DNA of 64,000 nucleotides, from the NCBI GenBank assembly GCA_002633005.1, contig NMRA01000009.1:1571858-1635857 (forward strand), given 5' to 3'. Every line of letters begins with the position of its first letter. Position 1 is the stretch's first letter. Below, in pieces: positions 42,401-55,600 of this stretch. The translations under genes were made by a program, and so were the position numbers. The notes under the pieces are model-generated. The model searched no databases, was not told where the DNA came from, and worked only from the letters and a program-made list of their open reading frames with translations. The stretch is from Phoronis australis (Eukaryota; Animalia; Phoronida).

Positions 42401-45400
42401 ATTACCCACCATCAAACATTTATGGCCCAATGAAACAACGACCTGTAAATTTTTATTTTTTTGAAGTACGACCACCAGCCATTTTGAATTTAAATCAAAC
42501 GCAACCACCCATAAATTTTTATTTCAGTTGCCTTCCCCCCCTCCCACACAGATTTTGCTGGAACAGCCCTTAGGCTAGCACCATATTTGCACTTTTGTGT
42601 ATATTTTATGATCTGAGTTCTAATAAAAATTGAACTTGAACTAATGGCACGTGTAGTTTTGTTGCTGTGACATGTTTGGTGTAGGTGTAATCTGGAAAAT
42701 TCTGGGACGGTTTCACAATTAACTGACTTCTAAGTTGTTTTGATAAACAAAATAAAAAGGTAGCAACTGTAACCCGTAAGAAAAAAAAACAAGTAGACAG
42801 GAGTATTAAATTAAAGTAATGAAAACGGGTATGAAACGTATTTAAACCAACGTTTTTTGGCAAGTGGCCCTTTGTCAAGATCAACACATGAACTTTTTAG
42901 TCTTTTTGTTAGATTTAAATTCTACCAAGTTAAAACTGTTCTCCACATTGCAGGCTTTAACTCTGTGCAAATGCCATAGTAAAACAAGTTGGGTGTAATA
43001 AGGACCACCATTGTTAAGAAAGTAGTGCTAGCTATTACCTTTCCACTTCATTAGCTCAGATCTACATCATTACAAAGGGCGAGCTGAATAGGGATGGTAA
43101 AAGTTGTCTGGGGCTTAGGGAATCAGAGTGGTGACCAGTTTAAGTGAGAAATTCTCCACATGATTTTTACAATTTGCTGCATTCCGTCAAAAATATATCC
43201 GAGTACCCCTTGGCATGCACCTGAAGCATCTAGTGTATATGCATTTGCCTTGGAATTCACTTGTGGTATTGGTCAACAGTTATTCTGATATTCCTTTTAA
43301 TTACCCATCCTTGGCGTGAAATTTTTCATTTCATGTCTTTTCGTTCCTTTAAACATCATTTACTTTCGTGAGTCATTTTTGTGTGTTATGCACAAGTCTG
43401 TTTCAAGACTGGATTTTCTAACAAGTTTGTGTTTTTTTTTACTTCAGCACAAGTAAACTGTGTCAAATTCAATGAAGAATCGACAGTCATTCTGTCTGGG
43501 TCACTAGATGGCACTGTACAAGTGTGGGACTGTCAGAGTCGTAGGAATGAACCTGTACAGGTAATACTAGTTGCCATTTATTACCCCAGTGTGCTGTCAC
43601 TTACCCCATATAGCTGATGTCTTTCATCCTAGGTGTTAGGTGGAACCAAAGATCATGTGTCATGCTTACAAATTGCTGATTTCAATTGTACTAATTCAAA
43701 AAATTCACAAAACTTTTTTTTTGAAAATGAAGAGAAGTGTGTTATAGCATTCTAGCCTTGAATCCATGTCTATGTCTTACTCATGGTATGACTGAGCTGC
43801 AATAGTGAAAAATATGAATCCCTGTTTTGCACACCTGGTCTATAACCTTCCCTCTACTGTGTAAGTTAGCGTGGACCTTGTTGTCTCTGGTTCACGGAGT
43901 CACAGTTAACGTGCTGTGGTTTTCTTTGCCTCAGGTTTTAAATGAAGCCAAAGACAGTGTTACCTCCATACAAGTGAGTGATTATGAGATTATGACAGGC
44001 TCTGCAGATGGATGTGTGCGTAGGTATGATCTACGACTGGGTAAACTTCAAGTGGACTGTATTGGCAGTAAGTATGTACAAGCTGGTGTCTGTGTTAGTG
44101 TTGTAGTGACTGAATGATTCTAAACTTTTGTTTCTTAGAATTAAGTCATATTACATATAATACCAATACTAGATGTGAGTGCTTAATTTTAGACCTTAAA
44201 ATGGTCAGCAATATTGTGGTTTGCTGTAAGCATTCCTATATGACCGGGTCTATGTAGATGAGACACACTTTAAACTCAAAGTGTTATTGCTTCTCTAAGA
44301 AACATTTTCATGATATAAATAACACCATTACAATCTATGAACATTGCAAAAATAACTGGATGCCTTTTCATGATGTCATCTTCTTCAGGAGCCTTTTGTT
44401 CTCAAAAGTTTTCTTGAGGATATTGGGAAAAGTTAGCTGTTACTCTAATCTAAAATCAATGTACAGTTGAATCATGTTGCAACAAACCACGTAGGCCTTT
44501 ACAAAACCACTTCTTGGAACTGCATTTTCTTGTTTTCTTCACAACCGATTCATTGTCGTTTATGACAGTGGTTCTGTTGTTAAGTCACTAGTTGAACGTT
44601 AGATGTTTTAAAGACGGAATAAAACTTTCAATTGGCAATAGATAAAACAGATCTGTGCTTTTTTCGCAGCTTCAAAAATGAGTCTGCTGCTGACCAGAAC
44701 CAAATATGCCTTTTTGTCTTACTAGCAACTGTTTAAAGATGTTTATGTGTTGTGTTTCCACGTAGTCTCTATTATTTTAGAATATGGTGTTTTATTGGTC
44801 TTGCATTTGCCAGTGTCTTATTTATGACAGATGTTGTTACTTGTGTCAACTTCACACGAGATGGTCAGTGCCTTCTTATTGGATCTCAGGACAGCACGCT
44901 CAGGTTGTTGGATAAAGAGAATGGAGAACTGCTCAATGAGTAAGTTATATGTAGGCTTGCACGCACACATGTACACACGTGTATACACACAAAACGTATC
45001 AAGAGTGGTGTAGATGAAGTAATATCTCACGAGACATTATTATAGGGAATAATGTCTCGTGGGATATTATTTCATCTACGCCAATTAAGGTACGTTTTGT
45101 ATTTATCCCATACGCTTCGAGTAAGTTTCTTTCATTTTTTCTGCAGATTTTTTAAATACATCGCTCTGACTGTTCACGTGGCAGATCACATCCTATATGT
45201 ATGTACTTGCACATTAGGTTTGCAAGTTTTCTCTTGTAATTGTAATGATTTATTACTTGAAAAGAGATAACAAAGATGAAATCAATGATAACTGTGCATT
45301 GAACTTGTAACATTTCCTGAAAATAGTAAATAACAGCAATTTGATATTTTAGTTAGCGAGGGATCGGCGCCTGAGTTGCAGACGATATAATAATTTAAAA

Positions 45401-46990
45401 CTGAGACAGAAGTGTCATATAATTAACAGTTCTGTTCCAGATGTTATGGTTGGAACCTGATTGCATATTAAGTGTCAGTAACACTGCTGCAATTTTATTA
45501 CTTTAAACTATTTTCGGAAAGTTTGATGATCGAACCGGCTAATGATGTCAAGTCGACATTGACCTACCTTTTGAACTTTCCATGTCAGAGGTCACTGTTG
45601 AAGTAGTGCAGGAGGTGAATATGGAAAACATTATTACATGGCCGTATAGCACTCGACTGATTCAACGCGTATGGGATAAACATGCATACACACGCACACA
45701 TATACACGCATACATGCTTTGGTCGCATCCACTGGGTCATGTCATTTTTGGATATTTTTTCACCATTAGCAGAAATGATCAGGCATTAGGTCGCTGTTTG
45801 GTACATTCCGCTAGTATTGAAATCTCATAGTTGGCCATTTTTGTTTTCATTTTAGTACTTTTAGTCTGTTGACCATTTTTGTAACCGATTGACAAAGGCT
45901 TAAAATACTTGACAAAAATGCATTTGGATAGGAGATTTGATGTTGGCATTACCACAGCTGTAAAACTGAATAAGTGAAGTTACAACTGGAACAAAATATT
46001 TTTCCTTTCTGTTGTGCTGTGCATGCATAACTGTATTTATTGACCTGGCAGAACTCTGTGTCAAAGTCTATCAAACTTCAGCATCATTCATGCCAGAATT
46101 AAATGAGATGGGAATTTTGTTTTTAGTAATAATATATCACTTCTGTCTGCATTTTGTTGGAATTGATTAGACGTTATTGTGCGTTATTTTTTGGGCAGAG
46201 TGGGTAAATTGGTTTAATTCCATTTAACGGCTCTGTGCAAAAGTATAAGAGATTTTGACATTTTGTCACAATAAAAAACAAGTGCTTAAACGCTCTTGCA
46301 TTGATTTGAATAATCTACTGTATGTTTGTTTGATTTTCTTATAAAATAATGTAGGTTTCATTGCATTTGGTTCAGTACCCACTCGTTGGTTTGACTTAGT
46401 TTAAAACCCTTGTGCTTTAACCAGAATGAGTGTGATATATGTTTATTTAGATTCAAAGGTCACAGGAACCAGAAGTATAAAATTGACAGTTGTCTGAGCA
46501 GCGACGACACACATGTCCTGAGTGGCTCTGAAGATGGATTTGTATACATTTGGGATCTTGTTGAGGTAAATAATAAATTTAGCTCATTTTTAATGTTTCA
46601 AACAATAACTTGTTTTCAGACACTTCAAATAAGTTGGAAATCAGTTTTTCCCCTTTTGAATAGAGCAATAAGAGAATTTGCATGCAATTTATAATTGGTT
46701 CATAAAATTTAAACGTAATAAAGAAATTGCTGAAAGACTAGACATATGAAGTCAGTATTTTTTCAAGTGGATTCAAGTTGTGTTCAAGGTGTCTAAGTGT
46801 AAATAATTTGACTTGATATTTCACATATAAAGCGTCTTATTCACAGGCCAAGTTGTCAGGAAAATTGCAGCATGCTGGAGACAAAACAGTGCATTCCTTG
46901 TCCTACCATCCAACTGACACCTGTTTATTGTCAGCATGTGAAAATATTATGTATGTATGGAAGACGTCAATGGACCAGACTGTTAGTTGA
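36444..46990 (+). CDS. WDR83: WD repeat-containing protein 83 (MORG1), 305 aa; exons 36444-36522, 38967-39070, 40487-40607, 43448-43560, 43935-44067, 44831-44939, 46451-46565, 46847-46990
   Basis: CKQRALRAVRFNVDGNYCLTCGSDKSVKLWSPHRGTLLKTYSGHGYEVLDA...FRGHAAQVNCVKFNEE...EAKDSVTSIQVSDYEIMTGSADGCVRRYDLRLG...LSGSEDGFVYIWDLVE. All junctions GT-AG and in phase (918 nt). Confidence 0.95.
38739..38980 (+). repeat. ~120-bp local tandem duplication including the WDR83 exon 2 acceptor
   Basis: AAGTTATCGCTGGTG...ACATGTAATGCTTGAATCCACCTTG...TTTTATTT(T/A)TAGTTGATGGGAAT occurs twice. Confidence 0.8.
42002..42569. mobile_element. PIF/Harbinger-type MITE in WDR83 intron 3
   Basis: ~40-bp TIRs GGGCTGTTCCAGTAAAATCTGTATGGGAGGGGGGG / CCCCCCCTCCCACACAGATTTTGCTGGAACAGCCC; TTA on both flanks. 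Confidence 0.8.
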
Positions 46991-49337
46991 ATAGTGGAGT
47001 GTCATAGTGAGACTGAACATAAGGCTCAAGTCATGTCATTATGCAGTGCTTTTGACACGAAAGAAGGTGGATGCTATAGGGCAGAACGCGAGACTTGATA
47101 TTTACCACGATACATTTCTGGTTAACCTGTTCGGGGGGCCCACGTCACTAAAAAAATCATGTATTTAGTGTAAGTTTGTGGCTAAACATTGCCCTCTTAA
47201 TATGCTCTGTTCTTAAATGGTCACTGCTCTCTTGTCATACATTAAAACTTTATTTCACCCCGTTGAACTGGCTAAATTCGAAAATCAAACTAGGCCTTTA
47301 ACTCTCACAAAATCGACCTCGTTACATTCCTAACCATGGTAGATTCTCTTTCTGCAAATCCCAAAAAAAATGAACCATTTTCTTGAATCACTAATGGTTT
47401 TGATATTCTTGTCAGTAACAGAAATAAAGTCCATCAGTAAGGAATACGAGACCAATTTTATTAGAGTAAAAGGCTCGATTCAATTTTTGTTTTTAGCCAG
47501 TTAAACGGGAAATGTAGATTTAAACTTTCACCTTGTCATAAACGACTTTTGTCCTACCTGTGCAAATTCTTAGAGAGGCCTTTCCTTATGACTCACAAAT
47601 TTAAACGCAAAATACAAGCCAGATACAACCTCACAGATTATGTCACAAAACCTATCCATACCATGACAGAGGACAATTGATGTCTCCAAACAGGTCATTT
47701 AGGGCATCAGCAAGTAAAAACGGATACCAGAAAACCATTAATTCGGACAGAGTTAACAGCATTTCTAAAATCTATTGGTCTATTTATATAAAGCTCTAAC
47801 CTATTTACATTGTGAAAACATTTCAGTCAGTCATTTCTCATCTTCACTCATGGTGTAAACAGACCAGTAGATTTTTGAAATGATGTCACTACATCAGCAC
47901 CTCAAAGTGGCTGTCGATCCTTCTAAAACTTTCCTGCTTCACATTAGTTGCAGGTTAACTCCCAACTCTTTTTGACAGTAGAAGCCACTGCTACCGTGGC
48001 AAGGAATATTTTGAGGCCAATTGTTGAAGTTAATCTACCTCTTTCATTTTTAAGCCGCAAGTAGAAGGGAAATGCCTCTTTAACCCAATTCGTGTTGTTT
48101 ATGGCAGATGAATAACGACATTTAGTGTCATCTATTGTATTCATTTAACAAACATACTGTTGCAATAAAATGTAAAGCCCCAGTAATGTCATTTTTTGTA
48201 TTTGTCTAAAGTATACTACTGAAATAAAATGCAAAAAACAGTCATAGAATGTATACTTATATTCCAAATATAATATCAGTTCTCAAGAATAAACCAACTT
48301 TTTGTAAATAAGATATCACAGCATGCTAGAAAACTATCACAGTTGCACTAGTTTCGTCAAATACATTAAAAACAACAATTAAAAATCTACATAGAACATC
48401 ATAAACTACATTAAACAATTACTGTTCAATGAGGCTTATATGATGCAGCAATTTAATTTCAAATTCTGGCAGTGGATTAACAACATGTCTGCCTTAACTT
48501 TTCAATAAAACTACAACGAAAGTACATGAAAAAAGTAATCTGACAAAACATTTCCCTGCCGTGATGGCTAACTACGACAAAAGCACAAATGATTGGTGTA
48601 AAACTATTATGGTGGAAAAACTACGGAATGGCTTGCTAACTTTACTATTAATTCACCTTCATTCTCAGCCATCAGGGGAGGTGACTTTGACTATGAATTC
48701 GGCTTCTATCCAGCCACCATGACTGGGAATTCCAGGTAATTTTGTCTGTACTTTTGGCTTGTACTATGTAGGAAACGTTCATGACAATAAAGTGATATCT
48801 TTTGACTGACATTCCACCTACATGTATGATTCAAACTCAGTCTGGTAAAAATAAAGGAACATTATCTCGAATAAATAGTAGCAAAAATATTAAAAAAATC
48901 TGTTGAAGACCACAATTCTTATCACAGTTAACACTGGCACATTGGAACAATTCAGTGGTAAGACTTGTAAAATACTCAGAGCTAAGTGCATTTGTCAAAC
49001 TTTACAAAAACTGCAACTAGTCGTGTCATGTCCAAACACAAAAACATTAACATTGCCTCCAGATCCATAGTTTGCACTCCATCACCATGGCAACCCGATG
49101 AGATCCAAACCTAATGTGGCTGGAGTAATTACGAAATGGGTTTCCATCAGGTAATTAAAATATCGTTTCACTGTATCATGTTAATCAATGTTTAACTTGC
49201 AACTGAATTGTGTAATTCTATTGGATAGCCCTGCTGAAATATATTTTTACTAGAGCTCGTCATTATATACTCAAAAAAATAAAATGTCATAAGATACTCT
49301 AGGGTATTTATGGTGTGGCCACCAAATTTGATGTCTT

Positions 49338-49505
49338 GTAACAGAATTTGCAGAATCAGGCCACTACATTAAGATCCAGCAGCCAATGATCTCTCGTAAC
49401 AAAGTTTGCAGAATCAGGCCACTGAATTCAGATCCAAGTCAATGATCTCTCGTAATAGAATTTGCAGAATCATGCAGGCCACTGAATTCAGATCCAGCAG
49501 TCAAT
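49338..49505. repeat. ~57-bp tandem repeat x3 downstream of the calpain stop
   Basis: GTAACAGAATTTGCAGAATCAGGCCACT...AGATCCA...CAATGATCTCTC repeated. Confidence 0.8.
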
Positions 49506-49685
49506 GTTTCACGGTTAAGCAACATGATTTGATCTCCACCTGCAGTGCAATGCCACAGAAGATAGGAGTCCAGCTATAGAACTGTTGAGACACTGAATCA
49601 TTCCCCTGTCCTGAAAATCTACCAAATTTTAACATCACACATTCCCGACAGCTGAACGTTCAAATCTTGTGTCCAAGTAATTAAG

Positions 49686-52600
49686 TCAATTGTTGTAGCA
49701 CCTGCAACAGACAAGTTAGAGAATGGAATTCAGATACATGGGTGACCTCATTATTGAACTTACACATCATCTTGCACAGTGCGAACAGCATTGTTCAACA
49801 ATAACAACATGATTTGGTTTAGCAACAAAGCATCACTATCAAGTAGAAAACCTCTTCAAAATTGAGGACACTTCCTGTGGAAATTACAAAATTATGAAGC
49901 CTCGTCTCTTAATGTAATACAAACAAATTGACCTGCCATCTATTGGTAGAGTATGGAACTTTCTGTATATATTTCAACTAGCTTGTAGGCTAAGATTCAA
50001 TCAAATTAGATCAAGAAATTAGAGACAAGTACACTGCTATTGACAAAAACAAGTCTATTAAAAAGCTCACTGTATGTCGAGATCATCCACTGATTTGATG
50101 ATGAGCACAAAAGCATTCTCGGCGTCAACTTCAGATGTTGTTGGTATGGCAACATAACGACCAGGAGTCAACAGGTAATGAGACGTAGTACACGGAGACT
50201 TCATGATGTACAGATCTTTACTGCCTTTACTGGTTGTACTAGGACAACTATCCCAGTGCTCATTTAAGTACTGCTGGCTTAGGGGAAGAGATACGCCATC
50301 TTCATACTGAAAATAATGATTTTATCATAATATCAAACATGGTAACTCCATGCCAATTTCGGACAAAAATAATTGCAAAATTTGGTAATTTTTCATTTTT
50401 GAAAGGCTTGTAATAACGTTGTGAATGCTCACAATTTCCCAAACTTGTTGTCTGGTGGTAGCTGTGGTATACATCTTTGAAGCATTTATTTGGTGTAACA
50501 GTTACTTGTCATTAATGAAAAACATTGACCCCCAAACTGTGCTTCACATTGCACCAGTCATTCAATATCCAGAGCCAAGTTTTCTCCTGAGGCCAAAAGA
50601 TGTGCTTTGAGTTACGCATTTTCTGTCTGGATAATGGTGTTGTGCCTACACACACTAAACATCTGGGGTGTCGAGTTTCTCCATAAAGCAGTTTACAAGC
50701 AGAATGTATTGTGCTGGTTCCCTAACTTTCACTCTTAAAATTAATGTACCAGTAACTCCTCTCACAGTTGGACAATTTTTCGTTCGAAGTTGCTGAAATG
50801 TATTTCCTTCAGACAAAGGCAAAAACAACTTTGTCGCATCTGTGAAAGCACTAATTTAAAACTTAGCAATGAAAAGCCATAATCCCGTTGGACATCTGAG
50901 GAATCGGGCTCAAAATCTGAAGTGCCAAGGCTGATGTAACTGTAGTGAGCAAAACTCGGGTCACTCGTCTCAGGAGAAAACTTAATTGGCACTGTCCTTG
51001 TATGAGTTTTTAAACTGTGACATTACTTTCTATGCTCACTTGACAGTCAAAGGTTCCACTTAGTAAATAAGCAAGCTAAGCAATATAACTGGGCTTGATG
51101 ACAATAAAACATGTCTAACGTCCTCCAGAAATTTATTGGAGCACCCAAGATGGATTTACTTCATAAAGACAGAAACAAGGATAAGAACAAGACAAAAACT
51201 GCTAGCTTCAAACTGGAATACATCACCCAGACATCGTAAAACAATGACATTTCAGGAACACAACGCCAATCTCTTCCACAAAAATTACAAACTAAAAGTT
51301 GTAAACACCTAATTTAGGCAAGGTCTGAAGAAAGGACAAGTTAGAAATTAATGACACCAAAACAACAGACAAGAGCAACACGGAGCATTGAAATGCACCC
51401 ACAAATGCATCGTAAATGGTGTGCTTTTGGGGTTGCTTATTTGTGTCATAAAAATGGCCACTAGATGGTGCATAAATATACAATCCGTCTGAAAACGGGA
51501 ACATGTCATTGCTTCTTTAATAGAAAGCTAAACACCAAATTTCATAGAAATCTGTCATGGAACTTCAGAGAAACAACGGAAAACAGAATGAAATGAAATT
51601 GCCACTAGGGGGCACAGTGTTAATTGGATCCGCCTGAAAGTCGTCATAGTCTGTTGTTAGCTTCATATAAATAAACTTACAAAATATAATAAAGATCCTG
51701 CAGTGGGTTTAGGAGGCAGCTATGGGCACAAAACAAAACAAAACAAAACAAAAATACCATTAGGAAGCACCAGAGTAGTCAAAGTCGTCATCATCAACCG
51801 TCCTCTTCACAATGAGAACATATATGCCAATTTTCGAAACCATCCTTAGAATGGTCTGGTTTATAGAGAGGTAGACGCCAAAAACAGACTCAAAAAGAGC
51901 AAAAATGGCCACTAGGTGGTGCAAAGTACTTTGATTGCACCCGAAAATGGGAGGATAGCGTCATCTCGCCAATAGATGCCCGTATTCAAAATTTTATGAA
52001 AATCTGTTGAGGACCTTTGAAGATAAAGAGGTAAACGTAAAACTAAAATTGCCAATGGGGCATACGAGTAGTCAGATGAGATCCATCCCAAAATCATCAT
52101 CGGCTGTTGTCAACATCATATAAACACACTTCTAAAATTTAGTACAGATCCTGCATATGGTTTAGGAGATACAGCCATGGGCGCAAAAAAAGAAACTGCC
52201 ACTAGGAAGTGCCACAGTAGTCAAAGTCATCGGAAAATAATCGTCAGCAATCCACTTCATAGTAAAAACATATGCCATTTTTCACAATTAAAGCGGTTTG
52301 GTTGATATAGGGGTGGACTCCAAAAAACAGACTCAAAAACAGTAAAAATGGCCACTAGAAGGCTCAAAGTAGGTTGAATCCATCTGAAAATGAAAAGATA
52401 GCATCACCTCACTAACAGAAGCATGTATGCCAAATTTTATGAAATTACGTTGAGAACCTTTGAAGATACAGAGGTAAATGTAAAAAAATAAAATTGCCAC
52501 TAGGTGGCACACAAGTTGTCTGGTCTGTTCGAAAGTCGTCGTTGTCCATTGTCAACATCATATAAATGCACTTACTAAATTTAGTAAAGATGTTACAAAC

Positions 52601-55600
52601 GGTTTTATAGGAGATATAGCCATAAGCGCAAAACAACAAAACTGCCACTAGGAGGTGCCACAGTAGTCAAAGTCGTTGGAAGATCGTGGTCCACCGTCCT
52701 CTTCATAGTAAGAACACACATGCCAATTTTCACAATCATACTTAGAGCGGTTTGGTTGGTAGAGGGGTGGACGTCGAGAACAGTAAAAATGGCCACTAGG
52801 TGGCGCAAACTATGTCGAATCCATCCAAAAACGGCAGGATATTGTCATCTTACTAATAGATGCCTATATACCAAATTTTAAGAAAATACGTTGAGGACCT
52901 TTGAAGATACAAAGGTATAAACGTAAAAAACTAAAATTGCCACTAGGGGGCACACCGGTAGTTGGATTTGTCCGAAAGTTCACTCACTTTTGGAGATTGA
53001 GCAGCGGACGCCGGATGGACGCTGCTTGGACCAACGGAGATGACGGCATAAAAATGTGACCAATGAGTGCAAACATGTTAAGAACTGACGAAATTGTCAG
53101 GGTCTACTTGGTTGGCAATAATCAACATATGTCAAGTATTTAATTGAATGCTACACCACCATTCATTAACATTCAGTGAATAATTAAATTCTCCTAACTT
53201 TCATAACTTTCACAACAACTAATTAATGATTTATATTCAATGAAACACATTATATTCTTACATATCGAACTCTGGACCAAGAGTTCTTGTGGACATGCAG
53301 ATAGAATTGTCAGACAATGGATGATACAAAGGAAGAATTCTTGTAACCACACACTCTGCAATGCACCTATGGGCACACTTTAGATCTTAGTACCCAAAAC
53401 AATGTCCATGATGGTTTACATGTACTAACCATGCTGGATGTAGAAAATGCATTCATCAATGAGACAAATTGAGAAAGTTTTATTGTGCTTTAGGGTCAGG
53501 TTGAACAGCAATGCTAAGGTCACCTGATGTAATTGTGGGGAAAACATTTTTTTCAGTTATAGTTCTAATGTTTATAGAAATTTCTGTATCCACTCATTTC
53601 TAAAATGCACATTGAGTGCACTTGTTAGCTTGAGCTTGCCCTTATCTTTGCCACATTTCAATGAATGACCCCAGAGCACTATAATGGAAATTAGGGTTAG
53701 TGCAAGCATTCGTAACTTACTAAATATAGTCGAGCACCTGTGGTGAGGAGATTTTTGATATCCGCTTGAACAACTGACATTGTTAATGGCTGAGTCTTTC
53801 CTGCAAACAGTACATTTCAAATTTAGACAGTGTAGTTCAGAAACCTGGTCAACTCAATGCAGAAATGTTAAGTCCAGTGCAGTGTGTTCTCTTGAACATT
53901 TTGCCTATTTAGAAGGCAAGTTTCGTGAATTTAGCATATTTTACTTACCTTGTTAGTCATTGTTTATAAACACATTGGAATTAAAAACTAACTTTTGAAA
54001 CCAGAAAAAAAGACAGTCACACAACGCAAACACTATACGTCTCATTAGCCTAATCATGGTGAAAAATAATTTCATCACCCCTTGGTGGCATCATTGCTAA
54101 AGTTAAATAGAAACTGTTAGGTACAAGACTGAGGATCAACAGGCGTCTGGGCCATTGAGCACATGCAGTTATCAGCAGAATGGAAAAGTGAAGAAAGGTT
54201 CCTTGAACCGCTGTGTACTAGAGGGGTTTCCTCAATAAGGGATTCCAATGTTGCTGTTTTTAACTGGATCATAAAGGGTACACCTGGTGGTGAAACGACA
54301 TACACTGACATCAGAATAGGTACGTTGTTATCTGCTCCAAAAGGAATCCTGTTCAACTAATCTCATGTTTGAATGGAGCATATGAATATTCATAGTATCA
54401 TGATACAGTTGCTTGTTATAAATGCCTTGACTCAAAACAAAAAGTGAGGTCATGAGGTTAGACAGCAGCTCTACCTGGAGGTATAGTGATGAGGTATTGT
54501 GGGTTGGTGTGGAATGTTGGGAAACTGCACCATCCACCAGCAGAGACACCTTTAATCCATTGGCCAGATAATATCTGTTCACAACCTAAGAACAAAAGAG
54601 CAGAGAATCAAAAGCTGTCAGGCAATTATAACTTAAAAGTTTTCTCTAACTCAGTGGTTCCCAATACTGACCAGTATGTGAATGTAATGTGTAGCCATTG
54701 ATATGGAATGTAGATGCAAGAAATATAGCTATATCAAGTATGTAAAACACTTTGCACCACTGGTACATGCATTATTAAGCTGCTACTAACCGTTATATCA
54801 ACAAAGAAACTAATTTCTGATATAGACCACTGAGCATCTGCACGGTAAGTGGAAGGTCCTGGGTTCAAGTACCGTTCACTAGGTCACGTGATGTGGCCAA
54901 CAGGTGGCGTGCAGACCAGACTTAAAAAGTTTGTGATCTATATTTCCACCCTGGTTCAAGATTTACATATGAACATATATATGATGTACGTATGTGCGTA
55001 TGTATAGATGTATGTATGTATATAAAATAGTTGTCCTTTCATGGTAATGTCTTGTAAGCACTGAAATGTGTATAAGATGACTAACATTTTAAGTATAAAT
55101 ACCTAAATTCCTAGATTATTATCTCTTGTTATTCCATGTGAAGTTGGCAATACCAATACCTGTGTTGTATTCTGTGCCTTGGTACTTGAAACTGTTAATT
55201 CCTTTGTCCTTGAACAACAGCGAAGATTCCTTTTCAAAAATGCTGTAATTGTAATAAATATTTCTGAACAATTTTGTTTACATAAACATTTATTGAGTTA
55301 CAATCATGAGGTTGCTAAGCATCTAAAATTGTAGATTACTTTGAATGAAATTCAATGTGAATGCAATTATATCAATTTAAAAATGTTCAAATTTAAATCG
55401 AGTTCATGGGAACCAAAGAGTAGAAATGAGGTGTCTTGATTCAAAGGTTTTGAAAGATTTTTTTGTACTGTTGCCAAAACCTGTTGTCTGAAATTTCTAT
55501 TAAAAAGATCAGTTGGACCCAATTCCATTTCCAGCGTTGAGTAGATAGCATACAGGTATCAAAAGTTGTAGTGATCAGAATGCTGTCTATAATGTCTATT

